From Tubiluchus corallicola (taxonomy: Eukaryota; Animalia; Priapulida): a stretch of 64,000 nucleotides of DNA. This document shows positions 23,901 through 35,900 of this stretch, in pieces. A program made the position numbers and the translations under genes. The stretch is taken from contig JAQGDQ010002376.1 in the NCBI GenBank assembly GCA_030141605.1, positions 106,422-170,421 on the forward strand. Direction: 5' to 3'. The notes under the pieces were generated by a model. The model was not told where the DNA came from, searched no databases, and worked only from the letters and a program-made list of their open reading frames with translations. Every line of letters starts with the position of its first letter. Position 1 is the stretch's first letter.

Positions 23901-26900
23901 ACTGCCAAACTCATCAAATTATGTAAATTAATAATAGGTGGAACATGTTACTGCATGTATAAACTTTGGCTTTTTTATCCCTGCTCTCTATAGACTTTTG
24001 CTTTTTGCAAGGTAGCAAATGAAATAAGTTTTATTAGGTGCTTTAATTTCCATCCATTAAAATCGGTTATTTTCATGATCCAGTGATGCAAAGGCAACAG
24101 AGCTGATATTGCCAGAAGCTTGGGCCAATTATTTACCAGAATATAACCACTAGTGGCTGCCCAAGGCTCTGTTTGAAGGTAACCTTTGAAAGACTTGTGA
24201 AGCTGTTTTAAAGAAGCAGCAGAATAGCCTTTGGTTCTACCTACCTCATCCAAACTAAGTTGGCAAGTGTTGGACATCCACGTCTATTGGACATTGGCAC
24301 AGAGTGTCTTTGCTGCCAGGTAAACTAAGTTGTTTTATAATCCATTTGTAGGAACGATGGCCACAATTAATTTTGCAGCTTTACGGTAGCACTGATGTGA
24401 AATCATTTAAATCTACCATTCATCATAGCAAGCACTGACTAGGTTAAAATTTTGTCAACAACATAAAGAAAATGGGGCATTCGAATTTTTTTGGAGATGA
24501 CAAAATTGATCTCACAACAAATTCTTTAGCCTGCGAACATTTTTAAGTGACATTTGCTACTCACAGTTTCAAGTGACAACTTACTGTGAATTGTTCTGGT
24601 GGGACTTGGAGGCTTATGGTGGAACTTATTAAGGTTAATGCCCTAAAATGAGGTGTATTGACTATGTTTAGCTACAGAGACAGCATCTCTGAATAAGGCT
24701 AACAACCAGAATGAGTAAAGTGAATAAAGCTGCTCAGAGCTAGTATTTAACTCAATAGTCGCCCATCCATATACTGTCAAACCTGAGTATTGCTTAACTA
24801 CTGCTGCCAAATGCACATTGCTGCTTTAAATGGTGTACAATTTATGTATACCTTGCTATTGATTATAGACTTCATGACTGTGATTCTTTGCAGGTTACTC
24901 ACAAGCTAGCTGGTGCGGCTGCAGGTACGTCAGTGAGGTCGACTAATGTTGGCAATGAGCATGGTGAGATCTTGATGTCAGTCCTGACAGGTGGAAAAAG
25001 GCTCATACTAGAAACAGTGTGTCAAGCGTTGTGGCTTGGTCAAGCGTTGTGAAGTTGCGCAAGCATTGCCACCATGCTTGCTATACGTTAATCGGGACTG
25101 CTTTTGGCTTGTAGCAGGCCTTCGTCATTCAAGAAACATTTTGCTGAATGGAAAGATCTTGAAATTAGACTCCACATTTGCCACTTAATGTGTCGCATTG
25201 CTTTGGCATGTAGTACAGAAAGCCACCTTTTATACAAGCTGTCTATGAGCAAGTTTGCAACTTGTATATTTGAATGGGATAAGGAGGATGTTAACAACTT
25301 GAGAGAGGCTAAGCATTCAGAATTGAGGGCTGAAAAAGTTTTTGAGCTGTCAGATGAAGATATTTTCCATAAAATCACACCTAGTGGGTTACAACACCAT
25401 TGTAGAAGGCAAACTAGATCTCCAGAATCATCAAGACTAACATCGACAGCCTGATTACCGTGTTCGACTCGGAACACTAGGGAATACTTTTTGTAAACTC
25501 ATTGAAAAATTATATTTGTCAATTAGTTATGTTCTTAGATTGACATGTATACTTTAACCGTATTTTCCTTGAATAAATTTACAAATAACTGTGTGAGATT
25601 CACTGGTTTATTTTATCAGACTTAGACATTTTGCTGGTTAATGCAATTTTCTGATGACTTTCAAGTCTAATTTGGGAGCATAACTCCTACAAGCAACATT
25701 ACTAATTACTAATTTAATTTAGTATTGTTGTCCAAAATAAAGAATATACATGTACTATAAATCAGTGGGCAACAAATAGAGTCAATCTTGTATAAACTAT
25801 AAATAGCACTTTGATTTTATGTGAAAAACAAGTCAAAATTGTTATGTAATGATAAAAACACTTTGGGTTAATAATGCAATTAATCAACAACAAGAGTTAA
25901 ATACATTTTGATTTGAGTTCAACTTTTTGTAATTTGTGAACTATCATTGTATTCTTATATTTTTATATATATTTTTTGTTACTTTTTTACTAGTCCATGT
26001 TGTCTGCTGTGTGTTGTTGTAGCTTTTCGTAAAAATGTCTTGTTAAGAAAATTCGTATTGTTCTGGTACAGCATTCAAAAAAAAGTCAACAGCTGCTCAA
26101 TTGCGCCAGGTGCGTCACATGGATGACATCCTTAGCGCACCTGGCAGACCACGCGAGTACTAATCCCAGGTCTCTGGTTCAAATCCCGACTGGTCCACAA
26201 TTTTTCATCTCCTTTCTGCAACTCATTACTCACTATCAGTAATAATTGGTAAAGTAAACTGCAGTTGTTTATAAACATGCTGACAATTACAAACATAATG
26301 TAATTTATCCGTTGAACATCTCTTATTCTTTTCTGTGAGTTAGTTTTGTGTGCAGTCATCAGGTGTAGTCCATCCACATGTTTTTTCATCTCAATAAACA
26401 CTTATTTTTACTTTTACATTAACATTGGGATGACATATGAGAAAAAGTTAGAATACTGATAAATCAAAGTCTCACCCAAGAACAAATATTGTCCGTTGTC
26501 TTTTTAAGAAAATGTTTTATGAAGCATTAGCTGTCAGCCTATGATATTTATGTGATGGGTTCAATGGCTCAGTGGATAGTAGTCGTACATTCTTGTCGTA
26601 GTAATCGTAGTCGTAGATAGTAGGAGGTGAGCATTCTCTACCAGAAAGCGAACTTCAATCAAATCAAATTTATGACTTTTGAATTCGAATCAAACAGTAT
26701 TTCGAGATTTCCAGTCTGCACCGAATTCAAATTCAGCAATAAAGATTTTAAAATAAATTTTCAAATCATTAATAAAAAGTGGTCTCAGAAAGAACATGCA
26801 TGTTAGTTGTTTTTTACTCTACGGTAAAAACACTAATAATCTGTTTAAAAATTGGACACAGGGGTTTACAATTCCCCACACAAAAAAAATTAGTTCATGA

Positions 26901-29900
26901 AGTGGATCAGGGTTAGAGCTAGGGTTAGGGTTAGGGTTGGCTTAGCATTAGGGACAGTGTTAGGGTATTTAAATTGTGTGGGGAATTTTAAACTCCTTCC
27001 ATGCACAGAAATCACAGCTAAATTATACTGAATGTGTGCTGTTTCAAATGTTTTAAATGTAAACAACATATGTAGTTGAAGTGCTATTCAAATCCATAAT
27101 TTTAGGTTCAAATTGAATTCGAACTAATTCAAATTCAATGCTCATCTCTACCATACGCAGCACATCTGGGTGGTATGTGGCAGTGTTAGGTTTACCTTAG
27201 CTGCATACCTCTTAGAAGGAGGTGTAGCTAAATCTCTTTATACTCTCTACTTTGGAACTGAAAAAATTGGCATTATAAGTTGTTTAGCATTATAACAAGG
27301 TGCATTAATACCTACATGTCTATGCAAATGCAGATGTTTTGTTTTGCTAATAATTTGGACATTAAGCAAGGTTGGCATTATAAAGGGGGTGTTATAAGGA
27401 GGTTTTACTGTATGTACAGTCTTAGAGTAGTTCGTCTTAGAGAGGATATGCTTGCAAGTGAACTCAGTGATAGTCATGCTATAAACATCTCGTTGAGTAA
27501 GCCATGCCTTTGAATGCCGAATCCCAACTTGCACTGTGCCGAAGTATTTAAACAAAGCATAACTGAGCGTCGTAAGCGATTCGTGACTAAACCTTTCTTA
27601 TACATCATTTCAGGTGGATTCCTGACTGTGCAGAAATGTTTCGCAAACTTGCTGATCGGTGGAGTGATTTGATTCCGCGTCGCAGAGGTGGATGCAGAGA
27701 GCTAGTTGAGGAGTTCTTCAGATGTGCAGATTCTCTCATGTCAATCCAACTAAGGTTTCTTTTGAACTGGTCATTGGAGGAATTTGTCCAGTTTCTTGAC
27801 ATGTATCAAGTAATGTTTGTTTTAATTAGTTAGTCAGTTAATTGGTGCAGTATGCTTTTTTGCTTGTATTCTATGGCAGATTATTACATTTTGAGCACAA
27901 TATGATCTTATATTGTTCCTTAAGTTGTAACTTTGAGGTACTGGAAACAGTCGTTTATAAAACAGAAACACTTAAATTATGTGATAACTGTCAACAACAA
28001 ATATTTGCTTAAAAACACTTCAGTTTACAATTAACTTGCCTTCTTGCTTGTTTAATATTATGACAATTTACGAAAAGTGTCAAATAATGAGTCAAAATAA
28101 TGCATTTTTTAAAGCATTTAATTTTCGGCGTTATAATATTGTGGATTAGTGAAAGTAAGCAAGTAGTGAAAAATGTGTCCAGTCAGTGTACATCTACTTT
28201 GTATGCATCTACTTCACCTAATCTTAATTAGAGATCAGAAATTCAAGGCACACTTGCTATACATTTCCCATCAAACACAGAAATTCCATCAAACTCATTT
28301 AAATTTTTTTATTATATTAACATTCTTTGAGTTCCTAATGCACAGTATGAGCATGCATAATGTTAATGTTGGTGAATATAGTTAGTTGTAAATACTGAAC
28401 AATTTATGCTCACTATATTTTGTTTCGTTTTTTCCCTATCATCTTTTACTTTTTTAATTGCATGCTGTATTTTCTTACGTGACATACTGAATAAGTTTGC
28501 CTGGGAAACTGTGATATTTACAAAGCCTACTAAAGTTACATATTTATATATATTTCTTATCCTGACATAATGTTCCACTCCATATTTCAATGCAGGGTGG
28601 GAATGATTTTGGGACAGAGTTTGATGAGTATGCATTCTTAGAGCGTTCACCACTAGAAGTAGATTTGGAGATCAAAGAGAGTGACATCTGCTTCATCCCT
28701 TCACTAGATGTTTGTCAAGAGTACATCAGAAGTTGCTTTCTGACTATTATAAAAAGCGGCGAACACCTGCCAAGAGTAAGAGTTAGACTGTTAATAGCAG
28801 TGAGATTCTTCTTTTACCATAAAGTATTCACCAAACTTTTATTTCTCCTTAAAAGTGTTATTTGCTTAAAAGTGTTTGTTGACAATCACATTTAATGTAT
28901 ATTTATAGTAACTATTCCTCGGTTCTTATAGAAGGTACATGATATAATTACAACTTTAACTAAGTTCTGATGGTGCATTTGGATTTGGTCAATAATTAGA
29001 GGCATTTCTAGGTAGAGCGACAATTATTTCCCGAAGTGAAGGATGATGATACCTTGTGCTTAAAGCCAGTGACAATTAACGAGCTTGCTGTGCAAAATTT
29101 AATGGATCATGCACTGGAAGTTTTTGACAGAAATCGTCATGGACCAAAAAAGTATGTTCGTGGCTAGTAGGTTCGAGTTCAAATGTTCGAATCGAATTCC
29201 AACTTTCAAATTCGATTCGAACGAGTTTTTTGTCCGTTTGAATTCATTTCGAACCTAAAATTGTAGATTCTAATAATTCAGTGCTTCAACCACATACGAC
29301 ATTTATCATTAAAAGGCTTGAAACATCATGTAATTAGTACAATTTAGCTGCAATTTCTGTGCATATTTTTTAAACAAATTGTTTGTGTTTTTACTGCAGA
29401 TAAATCAAGCAATACGCATGATCTTTGCAAGACCGCTTTTTACTTGTTGTTCGAAAACTTGATCGTAAATCTTTGAAACTCAATTCAAGTTCGATTCGAA
29501 TTCGAATGTCACAAGTTTGATTCGATTCACCTTCTGGTAGAGAATGCTCACCCTTTGTTACTAGCAGTTCAATAACTCACCTATTGTTACAGGTGTTAAG
29601 CGAACTCATGCTTTTATTTGGCAAGCTGTTTCTTGGTTTGTTTGATGCTTAAAGTAGCAGTTGTTCAGCTTTGTTTGTTACAAAGATGATTTTTAGCTGA
29701 AACAATGCAAAGAATTTCTTCATATGCTCTCTAAATACAGATGATCAGAATTGCTCGTGTAACTTAATATTTTTGTTTGGTTTTACATGTCATTTTTGGC
29801 AGTAGTCCTAGTTCACTGCAGAAATATGCTTCCCTTCTTGTAAAACTGAACTACTAACTTTCCTTTGATGTAAAAAGCAACTATTACATGCTGAAAAATC

Positions 29901-32900
29901 TACTTATTTTGTTCTGCTATAGAAGCTATGATTTTTTTCTTTAATCAAATTTTACTATTTACATTTACATTGCATAAACATAGTTAGTGAAAGTATGGAA
30001 GAGGAATGAAGACTTACGGTGTAAATATAAAAATTAGCAAGCAAAAATTACGAAAATGATGAAGAAATGTTTTCAATCAAGGAAAGTAAAAAGAAGAAAA
30101 ATGAAACTAGAGAAATTAATAAATTATTAAAAAGGAAAGGCGATGATAAGAAAAGAGAGGAAGGTAAGTGATCATTTAAGTAAAGTTCTGATAGTAAGAG
30201 AATAATTAATCGATGAAATAATATATAATAAAAAACAAGAAGAATACAGAATACATATTGAAGAAAATTTCCATAAAATAAGAAGTGGAATGGGCATTGG
30301 TGCAAATGCATTCTGAGAATTTATAAAAAAGAGTGGATAAAAGTATAAAAGAGAATATAGTGACAATGAATAATGATCAAGGTGAAACAGTCCAATTACC
30401 AAAAGGTATATTTACAAAGTATCATAAAGATGATTAGGTGCAGAATCTGAAATGGAGAAAGAAATTGAAGCAAGGGTTAATACAGTTATACGCCAATTAC
30501 AAATAGTAGGTAAGGAACTTGAAACACAATTATTAAAAGAACAAGAAATTAAAAAGGAAATAAAAAATTAAAGAATGAAAAAACTGACAGATCAAGGAGG
30601 CTGGAAAAATAAAATGTTGATAATGACGGGTGAGGGACTAATTAGAAGCCTTACGTGCATGTTTAGAAGAATACAAGTGACTAAAGGAATACCAGAGGAT
30701 TGGAAAAAATGAAAATAAAATCAATGTATAAAGCAGGAGGGTTAAAAAAAGATATGGAAAAGAGAAGAGGGATTTTTTACACGTGTGATTGCAAATTATA
30801 ATAAATAGGAATTTTGGAATTTTTCAAAATCAAGTGTGTATATTACAAAATGGAGGAAAAAACGTAAAAGCACATCAGAAAATTTGCTCACATTAAGGGC
30901 AATAATTGATTATAATAGGATGCTGAATAATGATTTATTTTTATGCACTCATTATTGGCGAATGATATGATATGAGCAAATGTAATAACTGAAACCCCGA
31001 TAGGAATAACAGAAGACGTCAAAATATTGGAATCAGTGAGGCAAGGCACTCCAGTTCAATCAAAATTGTGTTCGATTACACTTAATGATATAATAAATAA
31101 TAAAAATTTCCTGCTAAGTACATGTATAAGCCCTAATTTGACTATTGGGGCCATGTTATTCATAGATGATGTGATAGCTGTAGGGTCTAAACAAACATTA
31201 AGGAAAGAAATAGTAGATTCTGAAGTATTGAAAAACATCAAGAAGCTAACTTTCAGCTTGAAGAAAACTAAATTCACTAGGAAAAAATAATGAAGAAATA
31301 GGAGGTAAATTATGGAATAATTCAGAGGACAGAGCAGTATAAAAAGTCAGGTGACTGGTTAAATGCAAAATGTAACTATGAATTATTACTCGAAAAAAGA
31401 ATAGAAAAGGCAAAATATATGATGAGAAATACTGGAGAATTGGCAATGAGGTAATACAGCAATGGATATAAGATTACTTATCCCATCAGTGTTGAACAAT
31501 TGTGAAACATGGACGAATATTAAAACGATGAATGGAAGAGTTTGGAAAAAATAGAAAAAGAGATGTTGAGAAGAACTGTGAATCAAAAAATTAGCACTCC
31601 GTAATGGGGCATGTTAGCAGAAACAGGTTCATGTCCTATGCAAAAACGGATTGACCATAAAAAGGCCATATTTTATTATTCATTGATGAACTCAGATGTT
31701 CAGATGTAAACAGATTAGCAAAACACGTAGTAAGTGAGCAAGAAAAAGAGTATATAAATATGTATTATTGGTATTCAGAAATAAGTGAGCTCACTATTAA
31801 ATATGGAATGAAAGATAGTATCGAGCATATAAAAAATGGAGAAATTAAAAAAATCAACGTGGAAAAGAGAAATGAAAAAGCTATAAACCAAGAAATATTA
31901 AAAGAACACAAAGATAAAGTACAGACAAAATTAAGGTTTTTTGATGGTGAAATATATGAGAAATAACAATATATCAAAAAATGTGGTCTTGTAGATATTG
32001 TAAATATAATGGAAATTAAGTTAAATATGAAGGAATTGAAATTCAATTGCAAAAGAAATAAAATGAAAGATTTATTATGTCCTAAGTGCAAGATTCAGGC
32101 TGGTACAACAAAACATGAAGCAACAGAAGTTGTGAAAAATTGGAAAGAATAATAAATAAGTATAATGTAAGGATAGAGACTATTAAAACAACAGAAATAG
32201 AGAACCTTCAACGATTAGTAAGAGCATTTAGAGAAATTATGGAATCAAGAGAAAGTATGTAGCTGCTACAAGGAAATGTAATAAATAGGAAGGGGGACAC
32301 CTCTATGCAGAACGAGGAATGACCACATAATGATGTCAGAAGAAAATGATCTGCTCTTGCACACTTAGGTTGTGCTCATCTTGCAAAAGGTGAAGAGGAG
32401 CCAGTGAACTGCTGAATATTGATATATGGTCCCTTTATATTGTACAGCAGTAGTATCTCATAATGGCAGGGCTACTTTCTCCATTTTCCTTGATGAGAAA
32501 ATAAAAAACAGGATGTGTCATTTGTAGTATTAACACACGTGTCATTGCATCAGCTGTATGCTAATAAACATGTCACATGGCTTTTATTCAGACACAGTAT
32601 CTGCAATGTTTCGACATAGTTAAGGTCATATTCATGCAACAATCCACCTAAATAAGAATACAGTATAAAATTACAAAAATCAATATTTTGACGAGCAAAA
32701 AACAAGACAAATTCTATATTGCTTACTTGTATATCGTGTGATATAACACCACAATGCAGAAAAATATAAAGTTAGGTTACTCAAAGTAACCTGTAAATAA
32801 TACTGTAAACAAACAGCTACTAGGACCAGTTTGCAATAATTTTAGTACATCGTTGCTGATGTTGTGTCTGAATAAAAGCCACGTCTTTGCTGAAGTGGGT

Positions 32901-35900
32901 ACTGGCTGTCATCTTTATGTTCTTAACCTTAATAACTCCATACAAATAACGAAAATCAGATCATTACGAATAAATGTGTTGAGTATCTTAATGTATTATT
33001 ATTGTTATTATTGTACATTAACACAACACAGACACATAGTACATTGGTAATATAAAAAGTTACATATTTTAATGATACTTACAATAATTGTATTGATGGT
33101 GAGAAATATGGTGAAACATATACATTACACACAGAATAATACAATGGAAATTTAAGAAACAAAGCAATGAAAAGACAGAAATGATTATCATTAACTTTAA
33201 CAATTATAATTAAAAACACCATAAAATTATTTGTATGTAGTTAATCCTTCATGATAAATGTTAAGATTTTATTCAATTCAGTTGCAAAAAGAGAAGTCTC
33301 TTGCTTCTATAGTACTTAAAATATCTACAGGCAAGAGATAGTTTAGAAATTTGGTCCTCAGTAAGTATGCATTCCTTTTTAAATATGTGTAATTGTACAA
33401 GTTTTGGCTTAGATATATTCCGATGCAAAATCTGTATTGTATTGTTGGCATATGTATTTCACATTATTTCCCATACATGATAAAACTGAATAACAACTTT
33501 GTCGAACAAAAAAAGAAACCAGACTCTTATCGCTATGTTAACATGCATAAAAGAAGTTTACATATCTTGCAATTATTTGAATGCCAGGCTTTATCACATT
33601 GAAAATATAGAGCAGAGAATGCTTCAGTGGCTTTCTTGGAAGTTTTTATAGCTGTCTCACACCTATATTCCACATATATATCATATAGGTAATTCAATAT
33701 AGCAATATTTTATTATGTGTTCCCTTTATAGTTTATCACAAATGTATTACCTATACAAGGGACTGATAGCAACTTTTTCAAATTATTTTTCACCTAGTTA
33801 ACATTTTTTAGTATGAAAGTTTTCTAAATTTCACATGTAAATGATATTTTAGATATATAAAGGAATATGAGAAATTCCAACACTTACTTACTGAGGAAGC
33901 AGAAGATGATGTAAACAACTTTCTTGATGCACGACATAATCTCAATGAATTTCGACAGGCGAGTATGAAGATTAGCTGTGATTTAACATTTTGTTCAAAA
34001 AGTACGAGATTTTGCATGAAATGTCCGTCTGCTTAAAGTTTACTCTTTTCTTTTGCTACAATATATCGTTATTACAGTACAGAGGCTTTTACATCTATAA
34101 ATTGATGGAAAAGCATTAGTTGTCTGTTTTGAATTTCAGTGTGTCAAGAGGAGTTTACAATTGCCCACATAATTTAAATACCCTAACCCTAACACTAACC
34201 TTAATCCAATCCTATCCCTAACCCTAACCCAATCCTATCCCTACTCCTAACCCTGATCCTAATCCACTTCACAAACTAGTTTCTGATGTATGGAGACTTG
34301 TAAACTTTAGCCTTACAAATGTCTTGAATTTCAGTGTGTCAAGAGGAGTTTACAATTCCCCACATAATTTAAATACCCTAACCCTAACACTAACCTTAAT
34401 CCAATCCTATCCCTAACCCTAACCCTAACCCAATCCTATCCCTACTCCTAACCCTGATCCTAATCCACTTCACAAACTAGTTTCTGATGTATGGAGACTT
34501 GTAAACTTTAGCCTTACAAATGCCTTACTTACTCTTTTTTGATTATAGAAAATTACTACATATGAAAACTTGAGATATCAGATCATAACTCTGCTAGTTG
34601 ACGTTCCGCTCAGTCTCATTAGTATAAATGCACAAGCTGTAAACCACGAGCTTGCACACCGAGCACAGGAAATGAAAAAAGCACTTATTGCTTTTATAGT
34701 GGAGGAGACCCGAGCACTAAATCGCAAGTACGTTGTGCGTTTATGCATGAATAGACTGTAGGCTATTGAACTGTAGGTCATTTCTTCCAGATCTTTTGAT
34801 ATTAAGAGCAAAAACTTACGCCACTATTTCCTTTAGAATCCACTAGATTGATGTGTTGTAGGAAATGAGTGAAAGGAAACATGGCATCACAGTGAATTTT
34901 GACAGCATCGTGTATGAAATTAAAACTATAAGTAAATTAAAGTTCCACAAATGTGGAGCCAAACGCTATTACAAGAACAATAATATGATTATAGAATGTT
35001 GAATATATGAGTTACTGGAACATCTTTTTTCTGTAAAATGGTGTGATTTTGTTTAGAAATTGGATAACAGTAATTGTATATATACTTTTTAAAATAATTA
35101 TAGAGTTCGCAAAGGTCTATACAGTGTTCGCTTCGTCATTATATTCATTTTGCTTCTTTGTAATTATACAGGAATGCAATTGAAACTTTCAAAATTTGCA
35201 TAGTATTATTACTCCTCAGAACAATCCCTCTGTACTACTAATGAGGTATGAGCGATTGTGTTGTAGTTCTGTTACTTTTGTTTATACTTTCCGATCATAT
35301 TAAAAGAAGTGCCACTTATTACTTTTATTATTGTGGCATTAATTTAGGATCAGCTCAGAGTATGAAAGTATTTCTGAGCATTTAAATGACGTGCCTGATA
35401 CAACAGAAGAACTGGTGCAGCTAGAGGAATTCTTACGTGTGGTATGTAGGTCTTGGCATTTTCTTTGTTTTTTAAGAAAAAATAACTTTTTAAGTAAATA
35501 TTAAGCTTCGTTTATTAAACTTTCCTTGAGGACGAAATAACTTTACAACTATTAAATTTTAAAAAGTTTTGGATTCGGTTGGACTTTGAACCATTAATCT
35601 TACATGTCTAGTGCTATTACTATTAAACCACACAGCCCCTTGTCTGTCAGTCAAATGTGAAATCAATCACAATAACTCACCAAAGCAATGCACCTTTTCT
35701 AAGTCTAAACTTATTGGAATACTTTTTAACTAGTTAGATAATTTTTTGTAAGTGTAAAAATGCCCATAGCTGCCCAATTGCATGAGGAACTAGTACAAAA
35801 CTAATATATTTTCTGAAAGAGAATCTTTCTAGCACTGTAAATAAAATGCTTAGATTTTTTATTTGATTGAACAATTAACGGGATGATATGAAAAGTCTGT

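Larger units (their letters stand above)
19567..26132 (+). mobile_element. decayed Dada-like DDE DNA transposon with an intron-containing transposase
   Basis: Fragments [17 protein letters not shown] (22584-22739), ANKNCLEEF (23054-23170), WANYLP..H*WLPKALF..LWFY and [11 protein letters not shown] (about 24090-24320), [28 protein letters not shown] (24894-24990), LYVNRDC and [22 protein letters not shown] (25070-25430). Subterminal inverted repeat gcaattgagca (19599-19609 / 26094-26104). Flanks TAGCAT / TAGCGC in a tRNA A box. Confidence 0.68.

Noticed and set aside
26101-26130. U6 snRNA remnant (ggatgaca, ttgcgc) as the Dada target
   Set aside because: Only 6-8 nt matches with no extended U6 similarity on either flank; the tRNA-like join explains both flanks better.
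26133-26197. Functional tRNA gene
   Set aside because: The 5' acceptor strand is displaced by the insertion, and the D and anticodon stems are mismatched, so no anticodon can be assigned.
26557-26580. tRNA/SINE head (A-box-like TGGCTCAGTGG)
   Set aside because: No B box or cloverleaf downstream, even after removing the adjacent MITE.
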